Source: Armatimonadota bacterium (GTDB taxonomy: Bacteria; Armatimonadota; SYMT01). Taken from it: a DNA stretch of 64,000 nucleotides. Position numbers and translations under genes: made by a program. Shown in pieces: positions 18,985 through 28,392 of the stretch. The notes beneath the pieces are model-generated. The model was not told the origin of the DNA and did no database searches. It saw nothing but the letters and a program-made list of their open reading frames with translations. The stretch lies in the NCBI GenBank assembly GCA_046292385.1, contig JBKBRF010000004.1, positions 1 through 64,000 on the forward strand, in the 5' to 3' direction. Numbering within the stretch: the first letter of the stretch is position 1; every line of letters begins with the position of its first letter.

Positions 18985-20013
18985 TCAATCGTGGTGCTGC
19001 CGGGTGCGGCGCTGCCAGGCGTAGCAGCGGCCTTCCATGCCCGGCGGGCAGGCGTCGCTCTCCCCCGGACGCTCCACTTCCAGGGTGGTGTGCTCGATGC
19101 GGAACTGATCCCGCAGCATCACCTTCATGCGGCTCCGCACCTCGTCCGAGTGCTCCACGTCCGGAACCACCAGGTGCGCGCTCAGCGCGTCGAAGCCGGA
19201 GGCGAGCGACCACAGGTGGAGGTCCTTCACCTCGACCACGCCCGGCACGCGCGTCATCGCGTCGTGCACCTCTTTGAACGAGAGGTGGACCGGCGCGCCC
19301 TCCATCAGCACGTTCACCGCTTCCTTCAGCAGCATCCAGGTGCTGCGGAGGATCAGCAGGCCGATGACGGCGGAGACGATCGCGTCGGCGGCGTACCACT
19401 GCGTGAAGCGGATCACCAGCGCCGCCACGATTGCCCCCACGGAGCCGAGCGCGTCGCCGAGGACGTGAAGGATGGCGCCGCGCTCGTTCAGCGAGTGGCC
19501 GCCTCCGCGGGAGAGCACGTAGAGACTGGTCAGGTTGATCAGGAGGCCCATCACGGCGACCGCGAGCATTCCGGCCGACTGCACAGGCTCCGGCTCCCAG
19601 AGCCGGCTCCACGCCTCGATGAAGATGAGCCCCGTGATGCCCAGGAGTGCCACGCCGTTGATGAGCGCCGCCAGGATCTCGAACCGCAGGTACCCGAAGG
19701 TCAGGCCCGGCGGCGCCGCACGCCGCGCGAACCAGACCGCGAAGAGCGCCAGCCCCAACGCGCCGACGTCGGTGAGCATGTGACCGGCATCGGACAGCAG
19801 CGCCAGGGAGTTGGTCCAGAAGCCGGCGGCCGCCTCCACGAACATGAAGCTGCCGGTGAGGAGGAGCACGATGGTGAGGCGGCGTCCGCTCTCGGAGGCG
19901 GCGACCAGCCCGTGTCCTCCATGGCTGTGCCCGTGAGCGGCGTGGGAGTGTCCCGTATGCGAATGCGAATAACCGTCGTTTCTCGCTGTCGCCCGATGCT
20001 GGTGCTCCGCCAC
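18985..20013 (-). CDS. Cation diffusion facilitator (CzcD/ZitB-like metal exporter)
   Basis: His-rich N-terminus; SLALLSDAGHMLTD, LHVLGD, DLHLWSL, HTTLEVE. Confidence 0.93.
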   Translation of the reverse strand: MAEHQHRATARNDGYSHSHTGHSHAAHGHSHGGHGLVAASESGRRLTIVLLLTGSFMFVEAAAGFWTNSLALLSDAGHMLTDVGALGLALFAVWFARRAAPPGLTFGYLRFEILAALINGVALLGITGLIFIEAWSRLWEPEPVQSAGMLAVAVMGLLINLTSLYVLSRGGGHSLNERGAILHVLGDALGSVGAIVAALVIRFTQWYAADAIVSAVIGLLILRSTWMLLKEAVNVLMEGAPVHLSFKEVHDAMTRVPGVVEVKDLHLWSLASGFDALSAHLVVPDVEHSDEVRSRMKVMLRDQFRIEHTTLEVERPGESDACPPGMEGRCYAWQRRTRQHHD

Positions 20014-20319
20014 TCCGATTCGCCTCCTAGCTCGCCCTCTGTTGTACTCTACCCGGCCGAGCCGCAGAAAGACAGTAACCCGGAGCTCACCGGGACGAAC
20101 CGGCTATTTGGAGACGATGGGGAGAGCTCGAGAACACCATCCGTATTCGCTCGATTCAACTCGTTTCCGGGACCGAGTTCAGGGAGACCGCTACGGAGGG
20201 AGCTACTGCGTTGAGCGGTTGGATTCCGGATCGGAGTGGGATTTTGACCTGGTTGTCGCTTCGCGATGCTGTTTTTCTCTCCGGCTTCCCGGCGAGAACG
20301 GCGACAGAGCTGCGAATGG

Positions 20320-20359
20320 GAACAGTTGTTTGCGGCAAAACTTCTGTTCGTGTTATACT
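20320..20359 (+). promoter_or_regulatory. lexA promoter with two tandem GAAC-N4-GTTC-type SOS boxes
   Basis: GAACagttGTTT 20320-20331; AAACttctGTTCG 20338-20350; extended -10 TGtTATACT 20351-20359; TTGCGG -35. Confidence 0.75.
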
Positions 20360-20380
20360 CCGGACGGAGGTGAACGTGGA

Positions 20381-20989
20381 ATGAAGGGATTGACGGCCAA
20401 GCAGCAGCGAGTGCTCGACGTGATCCGGGGCGCGATGCGGACGTCCGGACAGCCGCCGACGGTTCGAGAGATCGGCCGGGAGATCGGCGTACAGTCGAGT
20501 TGTACCGTTCAGCGCCACCTGGACGCGCTGGAGAAGAAGGGCTTTATCAAGCGGGACCGCTACAAGTACCGCTCGATCGAATTGACCGATTCGCCGATCC
20601 CGCCGTTCACCCGCGCGGTCAACGTGCCGGTGCTGGGCCAGATCGCCGCCGGCCTGCCGATTCTGGCGGAGGAGCAGATCGAGGATACGTTCCCGCTGCC
20701 GATGGACCTGGTCGGGGAGGGAGACGACGTCTTCATGCTGCGCGTCCGCGGGGACAGCATGATCAACGCCGGGATCTTCGACGGCGACCTGGTGGCGATC
20801 CGCCAGCAGAACGTGGCGCACAACGGCGAGATCGTCGCCGCCATGATCGAAGACGAGGCGACCGTGAAGCGGTTCTACAAGGACAAGCAGCGCGTGCGCC
20901 TGGTGGCCGAGAACCCCGACTACGCGCCGATCGAGGCGGATGACGTCCGTATTCTCGGCAAGGTGATCATGAGCGTCCGCCGCTTCTGA
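20381..20989 (+). CDS. lexA: SOS transcriptional repressor LexA
   Basis: GGAGGTG RBS; PPTVREIG HTH; IAAG cleavage site; GDSM and EATVKR catalytic motifs. Confidence 0.97.
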   Translation: MKGLTAKQQRVLDVIRGAMRTSGQPPTVREIGREIGVQSSCTVQRHLDALEKKGFIKRDRYKYRSIELTDSPIPPFTRAVNVPVLGQIAAGLPILAEEQIEDTFPLPMDLVGEGDDVFMLRVRGDSMINAGIFDGDLVAIRQQNVAHNGEIVAAMIEDEATVKRFYKDKQRVRLVAENPDYAPIEADDVRILGKVIMSVRRF

Positions 20990-21039
20990 TCCGGCCGGCC
21001 CGCAAGCAGTAACACGTTACCTCTGTCGTTTAGAGAGGG

Positions 21040-21087
21040 AGCGCGCCGTCCCCGCAAGAAACCTGCGGTGGACGGCGCGCTTTCTTG
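21040..21087 (+). terminator. Rho-independent terminator after lexA
   Basis: AGCGCGCCGTCC...GGACGGCGCGCT followed by TTCTT. Confidence 0.75.
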
Positions 21088-21103
21088 ATTCCGGAGGTGC
21101 ACG

Positions 21104-21511
21104 ATGCTTCTAGGTGACTTCGACGCGATGCTCTACGTGCGCGACGTGCGCCGGAGCGTCGACTTCTACGTGAACGGGCTCGGCTTCACCTTTGGCGGGT
21201 GGTGGGACGATTCGGTCCACGACTACAACCTCGACCTCCAGGCGGAAGGCGACTTCCGCTACGCCCGCCTTTCCGCGGGACCGCAGCCACTCGCGCTCCA
21301 CGCCACCGATGCGGAGAGCGCCCCGGGAGGCGGTGCCTACTTTCACCTGCGCGTGGAAGCGGTGGACGCCTATCACCGGGCGGTGACCGGCCACGGCGTG
21401 GAGGCAGTCCTGCCGTCGCAGCTCCCGTGGGGCTGGCGGATGTTCACGGTCACCGATCCGGACGGCCACCACTGGGGCTTCTACACGCCGGTGGCGGGCG
21501 CGGAGTCCTGA
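21104..21511 (+). CDS. VOC/glyoxalase family protein
   Basis: LYVRDVRRSVDFY...LGF; PWGWRMFTVTDPDGHHW. Confidence 0.88.
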   Translation: MLLGDFDAMLYVRDVRRSVDFYVNGLGFTFGGWWDDSVHDYNLDLQAEGDFRYARLSAGPQPLALHATDAESAPGGGAYFHLRVEAVDAYHRAVTGHGVEAVLPSQLPWGWRMFTVTDPDGHHWGFYTPVAGAES

Positions 21512-21513
21512 CC

Positions 21514-22404
21514 TTGCCGGGCGGTGCTCGGGAGGAGACCGCACCCCGGCGCGGCTCGCTGGCGCGGGTGGCGCGGGCGGGCGCGGTCGCCTTCATCGCG
21601 GCTTACGTCCTCTTCACGGCGCTGCTCTGGTATCTCCAGGAGCAGTTGATCTTTCCGGGCGCCTCCTACCGGGCCGCCGCTCCCAGCCTGCCGGTGGGAG
21701 TGCGCCGCGTCAGCCTTCCGCATACGAGGGGACGCTCGTTTTCCGCCTACTACGCGGAGCCGCTGACGGAAGCCGGGGAGCCCCACCCACAGGCGGAGAG
21801 CGCTCCGCGACTGCTCTACTTCTACGGCAACCGGATGGTCGCCGCGGACGCGCTTCCCACGCTCCAGGCGTTCCAGCGTCTCGGCGCGGCTGTGCTCACG
21901 CCGGACTACGCCGGCTACGGAGAGAGCCCGGGCCGGCCCTCGGAGCAGGGCTGTTACGCCGCGGCCGAATCGGCGTACGCCTGGCTGCGCGCCCAACCGG
22001 GCGGCGAGAGCGCTGACGTCTACGCGAGCGGGTGGTCACTCGGAGGCGCGGTGGCGGCGGAGCTCGCCGTGCGTCACCCCGTGCGGGGCCTGGCGCTCTT
22101 CTCCACCTTTACCAGCATGGAAGAGCTGGCGGCGCGGCAGTACCCGTGGCTGCCCACCGGCATCCTGCTGCGGCACCGCTTCCGCACGGAGCGGAAGCTG
22201 CCGCGCGTGCACTGTCCGGTGCTGATCGGGTACGGAGCCCTCGATCCGGTAGCGCCGCCGTGGATGGGCCGGCGGCTGGCGGAAGTCGCCGGCGGAGAGG
22301 TGCGGCTGCTGGAGGTCGAGGGAGCGGGCCACAACGACTTCTTCGAAGCCGGCGGCGACCGGGTGCTCGCCGCTATGCGCGAGCTGCTGCGGCGCGGCGA
22401 GTGA
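21514..22404 (+). CDS. Membrane-anchored alpha/beta hydrolase (start uncertain)
   Basis: TM segment then QEQLIFP; DYAGYGESPG; GWSLG nucleophile; D in ALDPV; GHND. Confidence 0.85.
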   Translation: MPGGAREETAPRRGSLARVARAGAVAFIAAYVLFTALLWYLQEQLIFPGASYRAAAPSLPVGVRRVSLPHTRGRSFSAYYAEPLTEAGEPHPQAESAPRLLYFYGNRMVAADALPTLQAFQRLGAAVLTPDYAGYGESPGRPSEQGCYAAAESAYAWLRAQPGGESADVYASGWSLGGAVAAELAVRHPVRGLALFSTFTSMEELAARQYPWLPTGILLRHRFRTERKLPRVHCPVLIGYGALDPVAPPWMGRRLAEVAGGEVRLLEVEGAGHNDFFEAGGDRVLAAMRELLRRGE

Positions 22405-23623
22405 GCGGAGGCATCATCCCCGCGCGCTCCCCGTCCTCCGGGCCGAGCGTGCCGTCCAGCGCCCGAAGGAGCTGGTCCGCGTTGCGCCCGGAGTCCGGGT
22501 AGGTGGCGGCCGCCGCGCGGATCGGCTGCTGGACCACCGGATAGAGGCTCTCCGCCAGGCGCATCGCGACCTGTCCCGCCACCGTCCCGGTGTTCGGCAG
22601 GATCACCCCGAACTCCCGGTCTCCGGTCCGCGCCACGATGTCGAGTCGCCGCACGGAGCGGCGGAGCAGCTCGGCCGCCCGCGTCATCTCCTCGTCCCGG
22701 CAGCCCTCGGGCAGGCGCAGCGAGAGCACGGAGACGTACCGCTCGAAGTGGCGAGCACGCTGGATCTCCTCCAGCAGGCGCCGCTCGAACTGCTCGCGGC
22801 AGTAGATGCCGGTCTGGCGGTCGACGATCCCACCTTCGGACGCGCCGCGGCCGCGGTCGCCGCCGCTCTCCTCCGGCAGCCGCTCCCGCATGTGCTTGAG
22901 ACCGTTGCGCAGCACGTAGCCGGTGTAGTTGCAGGAGATCCCGAGGCGGCGGGCAATCTCGCTCTGGTTGAAGCCGTCGTAGAAGAAGTAGGAGAGGACC
23001 TTCCGCTCCAGATCCTTCAGCCGGCCGAGGGCGTTCTCCAGGACGATCCGGTCCTCGATCGGCAGCTCCAGCGTGACGTACTGGCGGCTCTGGAACTTCT
23101 CCGGATCGACTTCCAGGAATTCCTCGCCCTCTTCGGACGGAGTCTCCATGCGGACGATCTGCGCGGCGCGGCGCGCGGCGAGGAGCTCCTCCACGCCTTC
23201 CTCGGTCAGGTTCGCCGCCTCCGCGATCTCTGCGGCGGATGGCGGGCGCTGGAGCCGCTGCTCCAGCTGCGCCGAGATCCGGAGCACCCGGGTGTTCAGC
23301 TCCTGCAGCCACGCCGGCTGCCGGATCAGGTGGCCCCGGTCTCGCAGGTAGTGCCGGATCTGCCCCGCCACCAGGTGGCTGGCGAAAGTGCTGAAGCGCG
23401 CGCCTCGCTCCGGGACGAAGCGGTCGACGGCTCGGATCAGCCCGATGAACCCCTCGCTCTCCAGGTCCTCGAGCGGCTCTTTACCGGCAAACTTCGCGGC
23501 GATCGAGCGGACGAGCGGCCGCATCTCTTCGACGACGGCATCCCGGAACGCCGGGTCTCCCGTGCGCCGGAGCTGGTCCAGCAGCTCCGACGCACGTCGA
23601 TCGCAGTAGGCGCGTTCGCTCAT
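22373..23623 (-). CDS. SigB/SigF-type sigma-70 factor fused to a degenerate C-terminal GGDEF domain
   Basis: Region 2 GLIRAVDRFVPERGARFSTFA...IRHYLRD; region 3 RPPSAAEIA; region 4 NQSEIARRLGIS; then DRQTGIY...RRLDIVARTGDREFGVILP. Confidence 0.88.
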   Translation of the reverse strand: MSERAYCDRRASELLDQLRRTGDPAFRDAVVEEMRPLVRSIAAKFAGKEPLEDLESEGFIGLIRAVDRFVPERGARFSTFASHLVAGQIRHYLRDRGHLIRQPAWLQELNTRVLRISAQLEQRLQRPPSAAEIAEAANLTEEGVEELLAARRAAQIVRMETPSEEGEEFLEVDPEKFQSRQYVTLELPIEDRIVLENALGRLKDLERKVLSYFFYDGFNQSEIARRLGISCNYTGYVLRNGLKHMRERLPEESGGDRGRGASEGGIVDRQTGIYCREQFERRLLEEIQRARHFERYVSVLSLRLPEGCRDEEMTRAAELLRRSVRRLDIVARTGDREFGVILPNTGTVAGQVAMRLAESLYPVVQQPIRAAAATYPDSGRNADQLLRALDGTLGPEDGERAGMMPPLTRRAAAARA

Positions 23624-23637
23624 GGGAGACGCCTCGC

Positions 23638-24855
23638 TTAAGCGCCGATCAGGGAGATCATGTTGAACATCGGGACCATGATCGAGCCGACGATAAAGCC
23701 GACGATGCCGCCGAGGAGGATGATCAGCATCGGCTCGATCAGCGAGGTGAGCGCCTTCACGGCCACTTCCACCTCATTGTCGTAGAAGGTGGAGATCTTG
23801 ATGAGCATCTCGCTCATCCGGCCGGTCTCCTCGCCGATGTCCATCATCTGCGTCACCATCAGCGGGAAGACCCCGCTGGCGGCGAGCGGCGCGCTGATGC
23901 GCTGGCCCTCTCGCACGCTCTGGCGCGCCTCGTCCACGGCGCGGGCAATCACCACGTTGCCGGCGGTCTCCGCCACGATCTCCAGGGCGCGCAGCACCGG
24001 CACGCCGCTATTGACCAGCGTTCCGAAGGTCCGGGAGAAGCGGGAGACCGCCATCTTGAGCACCAGCTCACCGACGACCGGGATCCGGAGCTTCAGCTTG
24101 TCCAGGTTCCAGCGGCCCTGCTCCGTACCGTAATACCACTTGGTTCCGAAGAAGAGACCCGGCGGAATCGCCAGGAGGGTGTACCAGTAGCCGCGGATGA
24201 AGTCGCTCAGCATGAAGAGCATCTGCGTGATCAGCGGCAGCTCGCCGCCCGCTTCCGCGAAGATCTCCTTGAAGGTCGGGAGCACGAAGGCGAACATCGC
24301 GAGTACCATCAGCATCGCGAAGACGAGGACGCAGACCGGGTAGACCATCGCGCCCTTGATCCGGCCGATCACCTCCTGCTCCTTCTCCAGGAAGGTCGCG
24401 AGGCGGTCGAGGATCTGGTCGAGGATACCGCCGACCTCCGCCGCGCGGACCATGCTGACGAACAGCTTGGAGAAGACCTTCGGGTGCCGCGCGAGCGCGT
24501 CGGTGAGGGTGGAGCCGGCCACCACGTCTTTCCGGAGCTCGCCGATGACCGGCTTGAGCACCGGGTCCTTCGCCTGCTGCTCCAGGATGTCGAGGCACTT
24601 GAGGATGTTGATGCCGGCGTTCACCATCGTGGCGAACTGCCGGCTGAACACCACCAGCGAGGCGAGCTTGACCTTTCCGCCGGCCTTCCCGCCGAGGAGA
24701 CCGCCTCCCGCGGCATTCTTGGCCTGGACTACGTCCACGACCGTGAAGTTCAGGCTCTGAAGCTTGCCGAGAACGGCGGACGCGCTCTCGGCGTCGATCG
24801 TCCCCTTGACGACGCGGCCGCTCGGCTCGACGGCTTCATAGGAAAACTGCGGCAT
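23638..24855 (-). CDS. pilC: Type IV pilus / type II secretion inner-membrane platform protein (PilC/GspF)
   Basis: FSRQFATMVNAG, HPKVFSKLFVSMVRAAEVGG, MVYP, GEETG, LIEP. Confidence 0.92.
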   Translation of the reverse strand: MPQFSYEAVEPSGRVVKGTIDAESASAVLGKLQSLNFTVVDVVQAKNAAGGGLLGGKAGGKVKLASLVVFSRQFATMVNAGINILKCLDILEQQAKDPVLKPVIGELRKDVVAGSTLTDALARHPKVFSKLFVSMVRAAEVGGILDQILDRLATFLEKEQEVIGRIKGAMVYPVCVLVFAMLMVLAMFAFVLPTFKEIFAEAGGELPLITQMLFMLSDFIRGYWYTLLAIPPGLFFGTKWYYGTEQGRWNLDKLKLRIPVVGELVLKMAVSRFSRTFGTLVNSGVPVLRALEIVAETAGNVVIARAVDEARQSVREGQRISAPLAASGVFPLMVTQMMDIGEETGRMSEMLIKISTFYDNEVEVAVKALTSLIEPMLIILLGGIVGFIVGSIMVPMFNMISLIGA

Positions 24856-25005
24856 CCTGACCCCCTGCCGGCGCTGCGACTGGTCGTGCCGGCTCGGGTT
24901 AGATTGTGGCAGGCGGGTAGACGGCTCTGTAGGTCCGGCCCTGCGAATTCCTTCACAGGTCTTCGTTCGCCTGGTTCCCTGGCTGTCCGGAGCGGAGCGG
25001 GGGGA

Positions 25006-25866
25006 TCAGGGGAGAAACGGCAGGTTCTCCCAGCGGAGCGCGACCGGGTGGGACTGGTCGTAGAAGAGGACGCGCAGGCGGCTGCCGGTAATCAACGCGC
25101 GCAGGGGGGCGAGCTCGGTTTCGCGCTCGGCGTCATCCAGCGCCGCCGCCGCCTCGGCGACCTGGTAGAGCCGCCGCGCGAACTCCGCGGCGGTAGCTCC
25201 GGCGCTCTCGCGGCCGACGGTGCGGGCATATGCCTGCTGCGCCGCCGCCGTGTCCCCGGCGAGGCCCAGCGCGATTCCCGCGGAGACATAGGCGGCGCCC
25301 AGCCGTTCCGCTCGCAGCTCCGGCGGGGAATGGCGGGAGAAGAGGCGCGCGGCGACTTCGAAGTGGACCGCCGCCTCGCGGTCCCGGCGCGCCTCCAGCA
25401 GCTCGCGTCCGCGCATCCAGGCGGCGGCGGCGGTCAGCTCGCCCAGGCTCCGGACAGTCGGGTCATACGCCGGCTCTTCCGCCGGTGCGATGCCGCCGAG
25501 CAGCCGCAGGGAGAGGAGGCTGGCGCGGGTCTCCTCGTCGTCCGGAGCCAGCGCTGCCGCCGCCTCCAGCGCGGAGAGCGCTCCCGGGAGATCGCGCAGC
25601 CGGCCCAGCGCGAGGCCGAGCAGCCGGTGGGCGCCCGGAGCCTGCGGATCCCCGGCCAGCACCTGTTCCAGGCACTCCGCGCAGCGCTCCAGCTGCCCGA
25701 GCTGCCAGTAAGCGCGAGCCGGGGAGAGGCGCAGGTCGTCGGCCAGGGCAGGGGAGGGGTGGACTCGGCGCGCCGGCTCTCCCGCGGCGCCTTCGGGAGC
25801 CGCCGGAGCGGCCGGCTCCTCCGCCCTCGGCTGCCGGTCCAGATGTTGCCAGCGTCTCGCGTTCAT
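25006..25866 (-). CDS. Tetratricopeptide-repeat protein
   Basis: AHRLLGLALGRLRDLPGALSALEAAAALAPDD TPR pattern. Confidence 0.7.
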   Translation of the reverse strand: MNARRWQHLDRQPRAEEPAAPAAPEGAAGEPARRVHPSPALADDLRLSPARAYWQLGQLERCAECLEQVLAGDPQAPGAHRLLGLALGRLRDLPGALSALEAAAALAPDDEETRASLLSLRLLGGIAPAEEPAYDPTVRSLGELTAAAAWMRGRELLEARRDREAAVHFEVAARLFSRHSPPELRAERLGAAYVSAGIALGLAGDTAAAQQAYARTVGRESAGATAAEFARRLYQVAEAAAALDDAERETELAPLRALITGSRLRVLFYDQSHPVALRWENLPFLP

Positions 25867-26075
25867 TGATACACTATCGCGCGGTCGCGGTCCTCCGGAG
25901 CCCTATTCTACCACCCGTTCCGCGCGAGGGGACAGGTCACGTCTTCGGGACACGCCGGGCCTCGCCCGCCGGGTTCTCGCGCCCTTCCCCCGCTCCGGAC
26001 CGCGCCGGCAACCATTTCCGATCGGTCACTAACTCCGCGCCCGCGGGCGCGAGGACCAGAGGAGCGCCTGAACTG

Positions 26076-26933
26076 ATGGCAGCAACCGCCACCACCGCGC
26101 CCCAGGGGGCGCAATCGATCGACCAGCTCAAAGAAACCGCCCGGCTGGTTCGAAAGCACATCGTGGAGATGACCACGGAAGCGGGCTCCGGGCACCCCAG
26201 CAGCTCTTTCTCCTGCACGGAGATCGTCGTCGCCCTCTACTTCGGCGGCCTGATGCGGTACGACGCGAAGAATCCGCTCGACCCGGAGCGGGACCGCTTC
26301 ATCATGAGCAAGGGGCACGCCGTGCCCGCGCAGTACGCCGCCATGGCGGAAGCCGGCTTCTTCCCCGCCGAGGAGCTGCTCACGCTCCGTAAGCTCGGCA
26401 GCGCGCTGGAAGGGCACCCGAACGTGAAGCGGCTCCCCGGCATCGAGGCGAGCACCGGCTCCCTCGGCCAGGGCCTTTCGATCGGGGTCGGCATGGCGCT
26501 CGCCGCCAAGCTGGACGGAGCCGCCTGGCGCACCTGGGTGGTGCTGGGCGACGGCGAGATCGACGAAGGCCAGATCTGGGAGGCCGCGCTCTCCGCCGGC
26601 AAGTACGGCACCGATAACCTGATCGCCATCATCGACGCCAACACGGCGCAGCAGACCGGCTACACCAAAGACGTGCTCCCCACGGAGCCGAAGGCGGAGA
26701 AGTGGGCCTCCTTCGGGTGGGAAGTGCAGGAAGTCGACGGTCACGACTTCGCCGTGCTGCTTCCCGCGCTGGAGAAGGCCCGGAGCGCCACCTCCGGCAA
26801 GCCGCAGGCGATCATCGCGCGCACCCTGAAGGGCAAAGGGGTGAGCTTCGTCGAGAAGGATTACGGATACCACGGCAAGCCGCTCTCTCGCGAGGAGCTG
26901 AAGCGCGCGCTGGAGGAGCTGGGATGGAGCTAG
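26076..26933 (+). CDS. Transketolase, N-terminal (TPP-binding) subunit
   Basis: GSGHP, DRFIMSKGH, STGSLGQG, GDGEIDEGQIWEA, TLKGKG; GAGGAG RBS. Confidence 0.95.
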   Translation: MAATATTAPQGAQSIDQLKETARLVRKHIVEMTTEAGSGHPSSSFSCTEIVVALYFGGLMRYDAKNPLDPERDRFIMSKGHAVPAQYAAMAEAGFFPAEELLTLRKLGSALEGHPNVKRLPGIEASTGSLGQGLSIGVGMALAAKLDGAAWRTWVVLGDGEIDEGQIWEAALSAGKYGTDNLIAIIDANTAQQTGYTKDVLPTEPKAEKWASFGWEVQEVDGHDFAVLLPALEKARSATSGKPQAIIARTLKGKGVSFVEKDYGYHGKPLSREELKRALEELGWS

Positions 26934-27877
26934 GCAAGTCGATCGGACTGACGGAGGGGAAGGCGACCCGCGTTGCCTTCGGTGAGACGCTCCGGGACCT
27001 CGGCGCGGAAGATCCGAACGTGGTGGTGGTCGATGCCGACCTGAACAACTCCACGCGCACGGACCTCTTCGCCAAGGCGCATCCGGACCGGTTCTTCAAC
27101 GTCGGCATCGCGGAGAGCAACATGGTCGGCGTGGCCGGTGGCCTCGCCGCCGCCGGCAAGCAGGCCTGGTGCGCCTCGTTCGCCACCTTCGTGGTGTCGA
27201 ACGCCTACGACCAGCTCCGCATGTCGGTCGCGTTCCCGGAGTGGAACGTCAAGGTGGTCGGCAGCCACAGCGGCATCAGCATCGGGGAAGACGGTCCCTC
27301 GCAGATGGGGATCGAAGACGTCGCCCTCGCCTGCTCCCTGCCCGGCTTCGCCGTGGTGGTGCCGTGCGACGAGGTCTCCACCCGCAAGGCGGTGCGCGCG
27401 CTGCACCAGACCCAGGGTCCGGCCTACCTCCGCACCGGGCGCCCGAATGCCCCGGTGATCTACTCGGAAGAGACCCCCTGGACCCTCGGCAAAGCGACCA
27501 AGCTGCGCGATGGTAGTGACTTGACCATCGTGACAAATGGGCTTATGGTGTCGGTGGCGCTGGAGGCCGCGGCCGCCTTGGAGAAGGACGGTCACTCGGT
27601 GCGAGTGCTCGACGTCCACACCGTGAAGCCGCTCGACCGCGACGCGATCGTCGCCGCCGCGCGAGAGACCGGCCGGGTAGTGGTGGTAGAAGAGCACCTG
27701 GCCCATGGCGGCCTCGGCAGCGTGGTGGCGCAGGTGCTCGCCGAGACCCACCCCGTGCCGATGCGCTTCGTCAACCTGGGCGACCAGTTCGCGGAATCGG
27801 GCTCCCCCGCCGCGCTGCTGGAGAAGTACGGCCTCACGTACCCCAACGTGGTCCGTGCCGCCCGGGAGCTGCTCTAG
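26924..27877 (+). CDS. Transketolase, C-terminal subunit
   Basis: DRFFNVGIAE, GEDGPSQ, YLRTGR, TVKPLD, EEHLAHGGLG. Confidence 0.95.
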   Translation: MELGKSIGLTEGKATRVAFGETLRDLGAEDPNVVVVDADLNNSTRTDLFAKAHPDRFFNVGIAESNMVGVAGGLAAAGKQAWCASFATFVVSNAYDQLRMSVAFPEWNVKVVGSHSGISIGEDGPSQMGIEDVALACSLPGFAVVVPCDEVSTRKAVRALHQTQGPAYLRTGRPNAPVIYSEETPWTLGKATKLRDGSDLTIVTNGLMVSVALEAAAALEKDGHSVRVLDVHTVKPLDRDAIVAAARETGRVVVVEEHLAHGGLGSVVAQVLAETHPVPMRFVNLGDQFAESGSPAALLEKYGLTYPNVVRAARELL

Positions 27878-28099
27878 GCTCCCGGCTCGCCGCCGGGGGC
27901 GCGGGAGTGGGTTGCTCCCGCTCCGCGCCCCGGCGGCGAGCGGATACTTTCCGAGGGCTCTGCTGCTCACCGGGCAGGATACCGCCGGAAAGTGTCGAAA
28001 AATAGACCGGTCCCGACTTCAGTTGGGCCGATCACGGTCCGAGAATGAAGTTGTTGCCGGGGAACGCCGGCCGTTTGCGGTGCTTCCGGAGAGAATGCC

Positions 28100-28276
28100 A
28101 TGCTGGTGAAGGCTATCCGTCAGTGGTTCAAGCAGATCTGCTGCTCTCACGAAAATCGCGTTCTGGACGGAATCGTCCGCGAGCCGATTTCGTACGCACG
28201 ACAGGCGAGCTACTACTGCCCGGATTGCCAGCGAAGCTGGGTCTCCTGGAAGCTGCCGGACAGCGTAACCCGCTAA
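28100..28276 (+). CDS. 58-aa zinc-ribbon-like protein absent from the ORF track
   Basis: GGAGAG RBS 6 nt before ATG; MLVKAIRQWFKQICCSHENRVLDGIVREPISYARQASYYCPDCQRSWVSWKLPDSVTR with CxH and CPxC. Confidence 0.65.
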   Translation: MLVKAIRQWFKQICCSHENRVLDGIVREPISYARQASYYCPDCQRSWVSWKLPDSVTR

Positions 28277-28347
28277 GCAGCGTCGTCCCCAGCTTACCCT
28301 CCGGGAAACCGGCGGCCAGGCGCGGGCTGATCGAAGCAAGAATTAAC

Positions 28348-28392
28348 ACGCAATGACCGAGGCGAGGGCGAAAGCTCTCGCCTCGGTTGCGT
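28348..28392 (+). terminator. Strong GAAA-capped hairpin downstream of the small ORF
   Basis: ACCGAGGCGAGGGC GAAA GCTCTCGCCTCGGT; no immediate U-tract, so function uncertain. Confidence 0.5.

Noticed and set aside
26076..27877. Split transketolase as a frameshifted pseudogene
   Set aside because: Two-subunit transketolases are common; the second ORF has its own GGAGGAG RBS and intact motifs
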